A stretch of 64,000 nt of DNA from Bacteroidota bacterium. Its GTDB lineage: Bacteria > Bacteroidota > Ignavibacteria > UBA10030 > SZUA-254. The translations under genes were made by a program, and so were the position numbers. Under the pieces are notes generated by a model, which saw only the letters and a program-made list of their open reading frames with translations, was not told the DNA's origin and made no database searches. Positions 54,846 through 64,000 of this stretch are shown piece by piece. Numbering within the stretch: position 1 is the first letter of the stretch; every line of letters begins with the position of its first letter. Location of the stretch: positions 1,249 through 65,248 of the forward strand of contig DASQAZ010000134.1 in the NCBI GenBank assembly GCA_035635475.1, read 5' to 3'.

Positions 54846-56059
54846 TGAGACTCCCCATCTATATGGACTATCAGGCGACGACGCCCGTCGATCCGCGCGT
54901 GGTCGAATCGATGCTGCCGTATTTCACGGAGAATTTCGGCAATCCCGCGAGCCGTCAGCACCGCTTCGGCTGGGTTACAGAAGAAGCGGTCGAATCGGCG
55001 CGCGCAGCCATCGCGCGATCTCTCGGAGCAGAGGCGAGGGAAATTATCTTTACGAGCGGCGCGACGGAGTCGAATAATCTGGCGCTGAAGGGAGCGGGCG
55101 AGGCTTTACGACAAAAAGGGAACCATATTATTACGGTTCAGACCGAGCATCGCTCGGTCCTCGATCCGGCCCGCAAGCTTGAAAAGCTTGGATTTCAGGT
55201 GACCTTTCTGCAGGTCGACGAGCAAGGAATTCTCGATCTCGACCAGCTCCGCGCGGCGCTTACGCCGAAGACCATTCTCGTGTCTGCCATGTTTGCGAAC
55301 AACGAGATCGGGACGATCCAGGATATTCGATCGATCGGAACGATCTGCCGGGATCGCGGCATATTTTTCCATACCGACGCGACACAGGCGGCCGGGAAGC
55401 TTTCGATCGACGTTCAGGAGTTGAAGATCGATCTTCTTTCCTGCTCCGCCCACAAGATGTACGGCCCGAAAGGGATTGGCGTACTCTACGTCAGGAGTTC
55501 AAATCCCCGCGTGAAGCTAGCGCCTCAGATGGATGGGGGCGGTCATGAGAGGGGGATCCGGTCGGGCACGCTCAACGTTCCCGGCATCGTCGGATTCGCA
55601 AAGGCCATGGAGCTCAGCATCCTTTCGATGCGCGAGGAATCGAAACGATTGACGGTCTTGCGGGACAAGATGCTCGGCGCGGTTACCACTCAACTCGATG
55701 ACGTATGCCTGAACGGGCATCCGACGAACCGGCTCCCGAATAACCTGAACATCAGTTTCCTCGGCGTCGAGGACAATGCGCTCATGATGAGCATGAAGGA
55801 TGTCGCTGTATCGACCGGTTCAGCCTGCAGCACCGCCGACCCGGAGCCATCCCATGTTCTGAAGGCGCTGCGCCTCCGGCCGGAACGGCTCCATTCTGCC
55901 ATTCGCTTCTCGCTCGGGCGATTCACAACCGAGGAGGAGGCCGATTATGTCCTTGCGCGCATCGTGGAGTCGGTGAAGACGCTGAGGAAGCGTATGCCGG
56001 CTTCCCGGTCATCCCGATCCCGCGTGCGGGATGAAGCTACCATCGGAAGGGCGATATGA
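54845..56059 (+). CDS. iscS: Class I cysteine desulfurase (IscS/NifS-type)
   Basis: IYMDYQATTPVDPRV, PLP-Lys motif SAHKMYGPKGIG, active-site loop STGSACS. 1-nt overlap (TGATG) with iscR. Confidence 0.92.
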   Translation: MRLPIYMDYQATTPVDPRVVESMLPYFTENFGNPASRQHRFGWVTEEAVESARAAIARSLGAEAREIIFTSGATESNNLALKGAGEALRQKGNHIITVQTEHRSVLDPARKLEKLGFQVTFLQVDEQGILDLDQLRAALTPKTILVSAMFANNEIGTIQDIRSIGTICRDRGIFFHTDATQAAGKLSIDVQELKIDLLSCSAHKMYGPKGIGVLYVRSSNPRVKLAPQMDGGGHERGIRSGTLNVPGIVGFAKAMELSILSMREESKRLTVLRDKMLGAVTTQLDDVCLNGHPTNRLPNNLNISFLGVEDNALMMSMKDVAVSTGSACSTADPEPSHVLKALRLRPERLHSAIRFSLGRFTTEEEADYVLARIVESVKTLRKRMPASRSSRSRVRDEATIGRAI

Positions 56060-56361
56060 AAGAGGCCGATATTATTCTTGCGAATCAATCGGAGTTCATG
56101 AAATACCTGAAGTCGAAATTCGCGATGATTCACATGTCGAACTTTTTTTTCCGGGATTTTCATTACGGGGTGATGTCGTACCTCGCCCAGAAGGGGATCA
56201 AACTCAAGTACTACGACGCCGAAAAAATCGCCCGGGAAGTGGGAGCCGAGCTCGAACGAAAAGGGATCTTTAAGAAAATGGATCATCAATCGTGGCTCCT
56301 CAACTACCCGGAATTTGCTCTGCCGCGCACCGAGAAAAAAGCCGCAGTGCCGGCATCATGA
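56056..56361 (+). CDS. Hypothetical 101-aa protein embedded in the Fe-S cluster operon
   Basis: ATGA overlap with the iscS stop and 10 nt before sufB. No Cys, Lys/aromatic-rich, and no family I can recognise. Confidence 0.6.
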   Translation: MKEADIILANQSEFMKYLKSKFAMIHMSNFFFRDFHYGVMSYLAQKGIKLKYYDAEKIAREVGAELERKGIFKKMDHQSWLLNYPEFALPRTEKKAAVPAS

Positions 56362-56371
56362 TTTGGAATAA

Positions 56372-57850
56372 ATGATGGAAACGAAACCGAATATACCGAA
56401 TAGCCCAAGCAGCATCGAAACTCTCGCGACAGGCGAGTATAAGTACGGCTTTGAAACGGCCGTGGAGTACGACTCCGTCCGTAAGGGGCTCAACGAGGAT
56501 ATTATCCGCGAGCTCTGGGAAAAGAAGGGGGAGCCGGAGTGGATGCTGGAGTACCGGCTGAAGGCCTACCGCCACTGGTCGAAATTGGAGAAAGCACAGG
56601 CCGAACCCAAATGGGCGAATATTAAGTATGGCCCGATCGACTATAATGAGATATGCTATTACTCCGCCCCAAAGAAGATGCCGAAGCTGGAGAGCCTCGA
56701 CCAGATCGATCCCGAGGTGAGGCGAACATTCGAGCGGCTGGGAATTCCTCTCGAAGAACAAAAGCTTCTTTCCGGAGTTGCGGTCGACGCGGTGTTCGAC
56801 AGCGTTTCAGTTGCCACGACGTTTCGCGAGAAGCTGGCGGATCTCGGCATCATCTTCTGCTCGATGACCGATGCCATAAGGGAGCACCCCGATCTTGTTC
56901 GAAATTACCTCGGGTCGGTGGTCCCTCATACCGACAATTTCTTCGCATCGCTCAACGCCGCGGTGTTCACCGACGGGTCATTCGCGTACATTCCGAAGGG
57001 CGTGCGCTGTCCGATGGAGCTGTCGACCTATTTCCGCATCAATGCGCGTAATACGGGCCAGTTCGAGCGAACGCTGATCATTGCCGATGAAGGCGCATCC
57101 GTAAGCTATCTGGAGGGTTGCACCGCCCCCATGCGCGACGAGAATCAATTGCACGCCGCCGTCGTCGAGCTGATTGCGCACGATCGTGCCACGATCAAGT
57201 ACTCAACGATTCAGAATTGGTACCCCGGCGACAAGGACGGCAAGGGCGGGATCTACAATTTTGTGACCAAGCGCGGAAAGTGCGCGGGGAAGGGCTCGAA
57301 AATCACCTGGACACAGGTTGAGACGGGAGCGGCGATCACGTGGAAATACCCGAGCTGCATCCTTCAGGGTGACGATTCGGTCGGCGAGTTCTATTCGGTC
57401 GCCGTGGTCAATAATCATCAGCAGGCCGACACGGGTACGAAAATGATCCACCTCGGAAAGAACACCCGAAGCACGATCGTATCGAAGGGAATCTCCGCCG
57501 GAGTCGCCCAAAATTCCTATCGCGGACTTGTACGAATTGCAAAACAGGCGACCGGTGCGCGGAATTTTTCGCAATGCGACTCGCTTTTGATCGGCGACCG
57601 GTGCGGCGCTCATACGTTTCCGTATATGGAGGTCAAGAACACATCGTCGAGAATCGAGCACGAAGCGTCGACCTCGAAAATCGGCGAAGATCAGATTTTC
57701 TACTGCAAACAACGCGGACTTTCCACGGAGGATGCCGTCAACATGATCGTCAACGGATTCTGCAAGGAAGTGTTCCGCGAGCTTCCGATGGAATTCGCTG
57801 TTGAGGCACAGAAGCTCCTGGGCATCAGTCTTGAGGGGAGCGTCGGATGA
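56372..57850 (+). CDS. sufB: Fe-S cluster assembly scaffold SufB
   Basis: Highly conserved SufB segments ([68 protein letters not shown]). Confidence 0.95.
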   Translation: MMETKPNIPNSPSSIETLATGEYKYGFETAVEYDSVRKGLNEDIIRELWEKKGEPEWMLEYRLKAYRHWSKLEKAQAEPKWANIKYGPIDYNEICYYSAPKKMPKLESLDQIDPEVRRTFERLGIPLEEQKLLSGVAVDAVFDSVSVATTFREKLADLGIIFCSMTDAIREHPDLVRNYLGSVVPHTDNFFASLNAAVFTDGSFAYIPKGVRCPMELSTYFRINARNTGQFERTLIIADEGASVSYLEGCTAPMRDENQLHAAVVELIAHDRATIKYSTIQNWYPGDKDGKGGIYNFVTKRGKCAGKGSKITWTQVETGAAITWKYPSCILQGDDSVGEFYSVAVVNNHQQADTGTKMIHLGKNTRSTIVSKGISAGVAQNSYRGLVRIAKQATGARNFSQCDSLLIGDRCGAHTFPYMEVKNTSSRIEHEASTSKIGEDQIFYCKQRGLSTEDAVNMIVNGFCKEVFRELPMEFAVEAQKLLGISLEGSVG

Positions 57851-58677
57851 GCGGGCAAAATACCAAACCACAGATAATTCCCCAGATAATTTCACAGCGA
57901 AAACGGACCATGCTCGAAGTAAAGAATCTCCATGCCGGCATCGAGGGAAATGAGATCCTGCGCGGCGTCGACCTGAAGGTAGCGATCGGCGAGGTGCATG
58001 CCATCATGGGCCCAAACGGTTCCGGAAAGAGCACGCTGGCCCAGGTGCTGGCAGGCCGGGAGTCTTACCTCGTTACGGCGGGGAATGTCTCATACGAGGG
58101 AAGAGACCTTCTGGCGATGAAGCCCGAGGACCGGGCCCGCGAGGGAGTCTTCATGGCCTTCCAATACCCTGTCGAAATTCCCGGCGTCAGCAATACATAT
58201 TTCCTGAAGGCCGCCCTGAACGCCGTCAGAAAATACAGGGGGATGGAAGAACTCGATGCGATGGATTTTCTCAAATTGGTAAAGGAAAAAGCGAAGTTTG
58301 TCGATCTCGACGAATCACTGCTGAGCCGCCCGGTGAATCAGGGATTCTCCGGTGGAGAGAAGAAGCGGAATGAAATATTTCAGATGGCGGTGATGGAGCC
58401 GAGGCTGGCGATCCTGGATGAGACAGATTCAGGACTCGATATCGACGCCCTACGGTCCGTCGCCGACGGCATCAACAAGCTCAGGAGCAGTGAAAACGCC
58501 ACGATTATCGTGACCCACTATCAGCGACTGCTCGACTATATTATTCCTGATTTCGTCCATGTGCTGATCGACGGCCGCATTGTGAAATCGGGCGGCAAAG
58601 AGCTGGCTCTCGAACTCGAGGAGAAGGGGTACGACTGGGTGAAGGACATTGCTGATAAAATTGAGATGAGCACCTGA
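57847..58677 (+). CDS. sufC: Fe-S cluster assembly ATPase SufC
   Basis: Walker [10 protein letters not shown], signature FSGGEKKR, Walker [12 protein letters not shown]. Start is either ATG 57847 (ATGA overlap with sufB) or ATG 57910 (canonical MLEVKNL N-terminus). Confidence 0.93.
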   Translation: MSGQNTKPQIIPQIISQRKRTMLEVKNLHAGIEGNEILRGVDLKVAIGEVHAIMGPNGSGKSTLAQVLAGRESYLVTAGNVSYEGRDLLAMKPEDRAREGVFMAFQYPVEIPGVSNTYFLKAALNAVRKYRGMEELDAMDFLKLVKEKAKFVDLDESLLSRPVNQGFSGGEKKRNEIFQMAVMEPRLAILDETDSGLDIDALRSVADGINKLRSSENATIIVTHYQRLLDYIIPDFVHVLIDGRIVKSGGKELALELEEKGYDWVKDIADKIEMST

Positions 58678-58680
58678 ACT

Positions 58681-60099
58681 ATGAGTAGGCAATTGACCGA
58701 ATCGGGACAGAATAATGCGAAGTTGCGACCACGGGCCGATGCCGTTCCGGAAGGTTCAGGGGGAGCCCGCTGGTACCTGTCGAATTTTGAGGCCTTTGAA
58801 AAGAGTCTCAACGGCGAAGCCTCCTCCGGCATTCATGCCATCCGCAAGCAGGCAATCGCGCGCTTCGCGGAATTGGGATTTCCAACGACCCGGGATGAAG
58901 AGTGGAAGTACACCGATGTTTCATCGCTCGCGAAGGTGCCGTTTCATATTTTGCCCGGGGACACCCCGCAGGGCCTCACATCCGGCGAGATAGAGCCGTT
59001 TCGATATCAAAATCTGACCCCGAACACCATGGTGTGGGTGAACGGCCGCTTCTCCCGGGAGCTTTCGACGATCTCCCGCACGTCCATTCCGCAACGCGGG
59101 GTGAGGGCGGAAAGCGTTGCCGAGACTCTGGGAAATGACCCGGAATTGCTGATCCGGCATTTATCAAAGTATGCGCGGTATGATGATAACGCGTTCACCG
59201 CGTTAAGCACGGCTTTTTTCCAGGATGGAGCATTCCTCTCATTTCCGGACGGAATCGTTCTCGAAGATCCGATTCACCTCCTCTTCGTCTCGACGAAACT
59301 CAGCGGGCCCACTGCACTGCATCCGCGGAACCTTATCTTGATAGGCAAGAACTGCCAGGTGTCGATTCTGGAAAGCCATCGGAGCCTCACGGAAGACGCC
59401 TGCTTCACCAATGCGGTCACCGAGATTCTCCTCGGTGAAAACTCCGTTCTCGAGTACCATCAGCTGCAGGACGAGCGCGACCAGTCCTTCCATGTGGGAA
59501 CGACGCACGTTCTCCAGCAGCGCAGCAGCACGTTCACCTCGCACACTATTTCGCTGGGCGGGGCGCTCGTGCGGAACAATCTTATCGGGGTCCTGGAGGG
59601 CGAGGGCGCCGAGTGCACGATGAACGGACTCTACGTCGCCACCGGCAGACAGCACATCGATAATCATACGGAGATCGACCACGCGATGCCTCATTGCAAC
59701 AGCCATGAACTCTACAAGGGAATCCTCGCCGGAAGATCGAAAGGGGTGTTCAACGGAAAGATCCGAGTTCGCAAAGACGCACAAAAGACCGACGCAAAAC
59801 AGACAAACAAAAACCTGGTTCTCTCCGACAATGCTTCGGTGGATACTAAACCGCAGCTTGAGATCTTCGCCAACGACGTGAGATGCACCCACGGCGCCAC
59901 CATCGGACAACTCGACGAGGAGGCGATTTTTTACCTGCGTTCACGCGGAATCGGCGAGGGGAAAGCGCGCGATATGCTCATCGATGCCTTCGCGGGGGAT
60001 GTGATCGACCGGATCAAACTAGAGCCCCTGAGCAAGAGCCTCCACGAAATTATTCACCGGCGGCTTGAAGACGAGCGCGCGGCGAAGGAGGCGGCATGA
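58681..60099 (+). CDS. sufD: Fe-S cluster assembly protein SufD
   Basis: SufBD-fold C-terminal region ([35 protein letters not shown]); position between sufC and sufS. Confidence 0.88.
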   Translation: MSRQLTESGQNNAKLRPRADAVPEGSGGARWYLSNFEAFEKSLNGEASSGIHAIRKQAIARFAELGFPTTRDEEWKYTDVSSLAKVPFHILPGDTPQGLTSGEIEPFRYQNLTPNTMVWVNGRFSRELSTISRTSIPQRGVRAESVAETLGNDPELLIRHLSKYARYDDNAFTALSTAFFQDGAFLSFPDGIVLEDPIHLLFVSTKLSGPTALHPRNLILIGKNCQVSILESHRSLTEDACFTNAVTEILLGENSVLEYHQLQDERDQSFHVGTTHVLQQRSSTFTSHTISLGGALVRNNLIGVLEGEGAECTMNGLYVATGRQHIDNHTEIDHAMPHCNSHELYKGILAGRSKGVFNGKIRVRKDAQKTDAKQTNKNLVLSDNASVDTKPQLEIFANDVRCTHGATIGQLDEEAIFYLRSRGIGEGKARDMLIDAFAGDVIDRIKLEPLSKSLHEIIHRRLEDERAAKEAA

Positions 60100-61358
60100 G
60101 AACGGTTCACGATACAGCGATCCTCGATGCAGTCGGGAAATCCTTCGACGTAGGGAAAATCCGGAATGACTTCCCGATCCTGAAGCAGCGGATCAACGGG
60201 AAGCCGTTGGTGTACCTCGACAATGCGGCGACGAGCCAGAAGCCGCAAGCCGTCATCGACGCGATGACCCGATTCTACGTTGAGGAGAATTCGAACATCC
60301 ACCGCGGAGTTCACACGCTCAGCGATAAAGCGACGCAATCGTACGAGGCGGCGCGCGTCAAAATTCAGAAATTCATCAATGCGGCCTCTCCGCAGGAAAT
60401 CATCTTCGTGAGGGGTACGACCGAGGGCGTCAATCTGGTTGCACGTTCGTACGGCGCTGTTCATCTCGCAGCCGGCAACGAGGTCATCATCTCCGCGATG
60501 GAACATCATTCAAATATTGTTCCGTGGCAGCTCGTGTGCGCCGAACGGGGAGCGGGCCTGCGAATCATCCCGATGAGCGATGAGGGAGAACTCGACCTGA
60601 AGGCCTACGAAAAACTTTTCAGTACCGAGACGCGACTTGTCTCGATCGGCCACGTATCGAACGCACTCGGGACGATCAACCCCATAAAAGACATGATCCG
60701 CGTGGCGCATAACCAGGGAGTGCCAGTATTGATCGACGGGGCCCAGGCGGTCCCGCACATGCCGGTGGACGTTCGCGATCTGGATTGCGACTTTTACGTA
60801 TTTTCGGGGCACAAGATGTTCGGGCCGACGGGAATCGGGATCCTCTATGGGAAGCGAAAACTGCTCGAAGCGATGCCGCCCTATCAGGGAGGGGGAGACA
60901 TGATCAAGTCGGTTACATTCGAAAAGACGATCTATAATGATCTTCCGCATAAGTTTGAAGCCGGGACGCCGAATATTTCAGGCGGCGTCGGACTCGGAGC
61001 CGCAGTCGATTATCTCGGGCGGATCGAGGTTGAAGGAGCGATGGCACACGAGCGCGAGGTCCTGCGCTATGCGACCTCGGCGCTGGCCGGTGTGAGCGGG
61101 CTGCGCATGATCGGGACGGCGCGACAGAAGACCGGAGTCGTCTCGTTCGTGCTTGACGGCATCCACCCTCACGATATCGGAACCATTCTTGATGACGACG
61201 GAATTGCGATACGCACCGGACACCATTGCGCTCAGCCGGTTATGCAGCGCTTTGGAATCCCGGCGACGGCCCGGGCGTCGTTTGCGCTCTATAATACCGT
61301 GCAAGAAGTGGATGCGCTCGTCGCGGGAATTCATCACGCCGTGAAGGTGTTTAGCTAA
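60096..61358 (+). CDS. sufS: Class II cysteine desulfurase SufS
   Basis: [14 protein letters not shown]-Lys [12 protein letters not shown], active-site RTGHHCAQP. Confidence 0.93.
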   Translation: MRTVHDTAILDAVGKSFDVGKIRNDFPILKQRINGKPLVYLDNAATSQKPQAVIDAMTRFYVEENSNIHRGVHTLSDKATQSYEAARVKIQKFINAASPQEIIFVRGTTEGVNLVARSYGAVHLAAGNEVIISAMEHHSNIVPWQLVCAERGAGLRIIPMSDEGELDLKAYEKLFSTETRLVSIGHVSNALGTINPIKDMIRVAHNQGVPVLIDGAQAVPHMPVDVRDLDCDFYVFSGHKMFGPTGIGILYGKRKLLEAMPPYQGGGDMIKSVTFEKTIYNDLPHKFEAGTPNISGGVGLGAAVDYLGRIEVEGAMAHEREVLRYATSALAGVSGLRMIGTARQKTGVVSFVLDGIHPHDIGTILDDDGIAIRTGHHCAQPVMQRFGIPATARASFALYNTVQEVDALVAGIHHAVKVFS

Positions 61359-61810
61359 TGTCCGCCCTGAGAGAGCTCTACCAGGAGGTTATCCTGGATC
61401 ACAATAAAAGCCCTCGCAATTTCCGAACGATGGCGCACGCCGACCGTAGAGTGGAAGGGTATAATCCGCTGTGCGGCGACCACTACACAATTTACCTGAA
61501 GATCGACGGCGATGTCATCGCGGATGTCAGTTTTGAAGGAAACGGATGCGCAATCTCGAAGGCGTCTGCTTCGGTGATGAGCTCCGTCGTGAAGGGGAAA
61601 TCGAAGGCGGAGGCCGAACTTCTGTTCGAGAAATTCCATCACCTCGTGACCGGCGAGCCCGATGCCACTGATCACATTGAGAATCTGGGAAAGCTTGCCG
61701 CCTTTTCCGGGGTTTCCGAATTTCCGGCACGCGTGAAGTGCGCAACGCTTGCGTGGCACACGCTCCACGCGGCGCTTGCATCAGAGGAGGCGGTCGTTTC
61801 GACCGAGTAG
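61358..61810 (+). CDS. sufU: SUF-system NifU-family sulfur acceptor/scaffold SufU
   Basis: LYQEVILDHNKSPRN, NPLCGD, GNGCAISKASAS, RVKCATLAW; TAATG overlap with sufS. Confidence 0.9.
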   Translation: MSALRELYQEVILDHNKSPRNFRTMAHADRRVEGYNPLCGDHYTIYLKIDGDVIADVSFEGNGCAISKASASVMSSVVKGKSKAEAELLFEKFHHLVTGEPDATDHIENLGKLAAFSGVSEFPARVKCATLAWHTLHAALASEEAVVSTE

Positions 61811-61897
61811 AAGAGAACCGTGGCGATACCAGAACATGTTGAAAAAGACTTCAAAATTGCGTATATACGAGAGGAGCAAACAACGAACTCTTCACGG

Positions 61898-62227
61898 ATG
61901 GATGAAATCAGTTTGATTGAAAGGAATATCATCGAAGCGCAGGTCATCGAAGCTCTCCGTACCTGTTTTGACCCGGAGATTCCTGTGAATATTTATGAGC
62001 TCGGATTGATTTATCGCGTCGACGTGGACGATGCCGGCGCCGTGAAAATCGCCATGACGCTCACATCGCCAAGTTGCCCCGCAGCGCAATCTCTCCCGCC
62101 TGACGTCGAATCCAAAGTAAAAAGCGTCCAGGGGGTTTCCAGCGCAAAGGTGGAGGTCGTCTGGGAACCGACGTGGAATCCGTCGATGATGTCTGAGGCT
62201 GCGAAACTTGAGCTTGGAATGTTTTAA
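61898..62227 (+). CDS. sufT: DUF59/SufT-type Fe-S assembly protein
   Basis: VIEALRTCFDPEIPVNIYELGLIY and TLTSPSCPAA motifs. ATG at 61898 gives the usual length of about 109 aa; an upstream GTG at 61820 is possible. Confidence 0.78.
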   Translation: MDEISLIERNIIEAQVIEALRTCFDPEIPVNIYELGLIYRVDVDDAGAVKIAMTLTSPSCPAAQSLPPDVESKVKSVQGVSSAKVEVVWEPTWNPSMMSEAAKLELGMF

Positions 62228-62250
62228 TCGTTAACAGAAAAAGGAGACCG

Positions 62251-62619
62251 ATGCCGGAAACGACCACATTAAACAAACCGAAATTGAAAGAGGACATCAC
62301 CCTGACTGCGAAGGCCGCGGAGCATATTCTCGTAATCAAGAAGGAAAACAAGATTCCCGACAGTCACGCATTACGCGTCGGCGTTAAGGGCGGCGGATGC
62401 TCGGGCCTGACCTATGTTCTGGGATTTGACGCAGAATCGAAACAGGGTGATACGATTCTCGAGATCCAGGGGATTACCGTTTATATCGATCCGAAGAGTC
62501 TGTTTTTTCTTTCGGGAACGGAGCTCGACTTTCAGGACGGGTTGAATGGGAAGGGGTTTGTGTTTAATAACCCGCAGGCAGCGAAGACCTGCGGCTGCGG
62601 CAACTCCTTCGGCGTTTGA
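62251..62619 (+). CDS. HesB/IscA/SufA-family A-type Fe-S carrier
   Basis: GGGCSG and C-terminal CGCGNSF motifs; 122 aa. Confidence 0.9.
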   Translation: MPETTTLNKPKLKEDITLTAKAAEHILVIKKENKIPDSHALRVGVKGGGCSGLTYVLGFDAESKQGDTILEIQGITVYIDPKSLFFLSGTELDFQDGLNGKGFVFNNPQAAKTCGCGNSFGV

Positions 62620-62687
62620 CCTGCCGCGCGGCGGCCATCCGATCGCGTCCGGCCTTTGAAATGATTTTTTGATCAGGATGTCCCGGC

Positions 62688-62858
62688 ATGAAAAAGATCA
62701 TCTTTCTCCTGCTGCTTGCCATTCCTTCTGCAGTCCTTTTCCCCCAGAGCGTCAGCTACAATCTATCGCACATTCACGGCATCACGCTGATTGTGCCGGG
62801 CGCCGGTCTCATCGCCTACAATTTGCGCGCAAGAACACAGCCTCGCAACCACCACTAG
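62688..62858 (+). CDS. Possible 56-aa small membrane or exported peptide (below the ORF-track length cut-off)
   Basis: ATG at 62688 to TAG at 62856-62858. Translation is [21 protein letters not shown]... followed by a second hydrophobic segment ([13 protein letters not shown]). No ribosome-binding site evidence. Confidence 0.25.
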   Translation: MKKIIFLLLLAIPSAVLFPQSVSYNLSHIHGITLIVPGAGLIAYNLRARTQPRNHH

Positions 62859-62868
62859 GAAACCGGAG

Positions 62869-63588
62869 ATGAAACGGAGAACATTTATTTCAACCGCTAT
62901 GCTGAGCGGCGCGTATTCACTGCTGCAGAACAATCGATTATTGTCATCAATCAAACCGATCACACAATCACAGGAGCAATCAACCATGCCATTTACACTT
63001 CCCAACCTGCCGTATCCGACTGATGCCCTTGAGCCCTCCATCGATAAGATGACCATGGAGATTCATCACGGAAAGCATCACGCGGCATATGTAACCAATC
63101 TGAATAAGGCGATCGAAGGGACGGAATGGGATAAGAAATCCATCGAACAAATCCTTGCCGGTGTTTCGAAGCTTCCGGTCGCGGTAAGAAATAACGGGGG
63201 GGGACATTACAATCACTCGTTGTTCTGGAATTGGATGAAACCGAAAGGGGGAGGGGCACCCACCGGCGACCTGGCGGCGGCCATCACCCGGGATTTCGGA
63301 TCGTTCGAAAAGTTTAAGGAGCAGCTCTCCGGGGCCGGTATGAACAGATTCGGATCGGGCTGGGCCTGGCTCATCAAGCAGGACGGAAAGCTTGCAATCA
63401 CTTCCACGCCCAATCAGGATAATCCAGTGATGGACCTCGCCGATGTGAAGGGAGTTCCGATCCTCGGCATCGACGTGTGGGAACACGCGTATTATCTGAA
63501 GTATCAGAACCGCAGGGCCGAATACCTCGCTGCCTTCTGGAATGTTGTCAATTGGGACGAAGTAGCCAAACGTTTCTCCGGCAAATGA
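62869..63588 (+). CDS. Fe/Mn-family superoxide dismutase, possibly with a twin-arginine-type N-terminal extension
   Basis: Canonical SOD core ([30 protein letters not shown]). ATG at 62869 adds [19 protein letters not shown]. An internal ATG at 62986, preceded by AGGAG at 9 nt, would give a standard 200-aa cytoplasmic enzyme. Confidence 0.85.
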   Translation: MKRRTFISTAMLSGAYSLLQNNRLLSSIKPITQSQEQSTMPFTLPNLPYPTDALEPSIDKMTMEIHHGKHHAAYVTNLNKAIEGTEWDKKSIEQILAGVSKLPVAVRNNGGGHYNHSLFWNWMKPKGGGAPTGDLAAAITRDFGSFEKFKEQLSGAGMNRFGSGWAWLIKQDGKLAITSTPNQDNPVMDLADVKGVPILGIDVWEHAYYLKYQNRRAEYLAAFWNVVNWDEVAKRFSGK

Positions 63589-63630
63589 GAGGAACCTGCA
63601 ACCCCTCACAATCAATAGATGGTTCTGAAT

Positions 63631-64000
63631 ATGTCCTACAAGAAGTTCCCGATGGAACCAGACAAGCAGATCGCGCTGGTTGCTCACGACAACAAGAAGC
63701 ACGACCTGGTGGAATGGGCGCGCTTCAATCGCGATCTCCTTGCTCACCACAAGGTCTATGCGACCGGTACGACCGGTACGATTCTGGAGAAGGAGCTTGG
63801 CTTCCACATCACCAAGCTCCAGAGCGGCCCCCTGGGGGGAGATCAGCAAATAGGGGCCAAGATCGTCCAGGGTGAAATCGATTTCCTGATCTTTTTCTGG
63901 GATCCGCTCGAACCGCAGCCGCATGACCCCGACGTCAAGGCTCTCCTGCGGATGGCCGTAGTTTGGAACATACCGATTGCGTGCAATCGCGCGACGGCGG
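63631..64000 (+). CDS. mgsA: Methylglyoxal synthase (3' end outside the window)
   Basis: My own translation from ATG 63631: [30 protein letters not shown]...YATGTTG...[11 protein letters not shown]...[20 protein letters not shown], which matches MgsA signatures. The frame stays open to the window edge, so it is absent from the ORF track. Confidence 0.9.
   Translation, partial: MSYKKFPMEPDKQIALVAHDNKKHDLVEWARFNRDLLAHHKVYATGTTGTILEKELGFHITKLQSGPLGGDQQIGAKIVQGEIDFLIFFWDPLEPQPHDPDVKALLRMAVVWNIPIACNRATA

Noticed and set aside
62980-63924. 314-aa minus-strand ORF
   Set aside because: It runs antisense across the SOD gene, the intergenic spacer and mgsA. Both sense genes are unmistakable.
1-64000. 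Search by eye for CRISPR arrays, tandem or direct repeats, IS or transposase and integrase genes, rRNA, tRNA, tmRNA, RNase P and riboswitches
   Set aside because: I could find none. The intergenic regions are short, apart from 41326-41684, 53864-54437 and 27420-27716, which are treated separately. This was not an exhaustive computational scan, so tRNAscan-SE, Infernal/Rfam and a repeat finder should be run to confirm.

Overview
This window is a gene-dense (about 90% coding), high-GC chromosomal segment. It most likely comes from a member of the Fibrobacteres-Chlorobi-Bacteroidetes (FCB) group, perhaps Ignavibacteria/Chlorobi-like. The clues are a T9SS C-terminal sorting domain, a BshA-type bacillithiol glycosyltransferase, many beta-barrel outer-membrane proteins and an animal-type PTPS; this placement is an inference, not a database result. 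I can support about 59 protein-coding genes. By eye I found no rRNA, tRNA, CRISPR array, transposase or integrase. Recognisable blocks, in order: (1) a nucleotide-sugar block (DegT fragment, ugd, UDP-glucuronate decarboxylase); (2) bcp, an aquaporin, PTPS, folE, two SDRs and an FNR-like reductase, which may form a pterin operon; (3) a MoeB/rhodanese E1-like enzyme and small OMPs; (4) an alpha/beta hydrolase, an ERMP1-like M28 membrane peptidase and an acyl-CoA ligase in one operon; (5) a translationally coupled operon of patatin-Omp85, archease, RtcB and a UvrD-type helicase fused to an Fe-S PD-(D/E)XK nuclease; (6) a hybrid histidine kinase; (7) two BNR propeller proteins; (8) a tyrosine/homogentisate catabolic operon; (9) a 1164-aa OMP of unknown function; (10) ogt, an orphan N6-adenine methyltransferase and uvrD; (11) a liv-type ABC transporter; (12) bshA; (13) a long iscR-iscS-orf-sufBCDSU-sufT-iscA Fe-S operon; (14) SOD and mgsA. 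Nothing here is clearly a new defence or mobile system. The most unusual items are the RtcB/archease/helicase-nuclease coupling, the tetrahydrobiopterin-like cluster, the orphan methyltransferase in a DNA-repair operon, unannotated small genes around the Fe-S operon, and a symmetric divergent promoter that shares one palindromic -35 hexamer. All functional calls come from motif recognition in the supplied translations and were not checked against any database.
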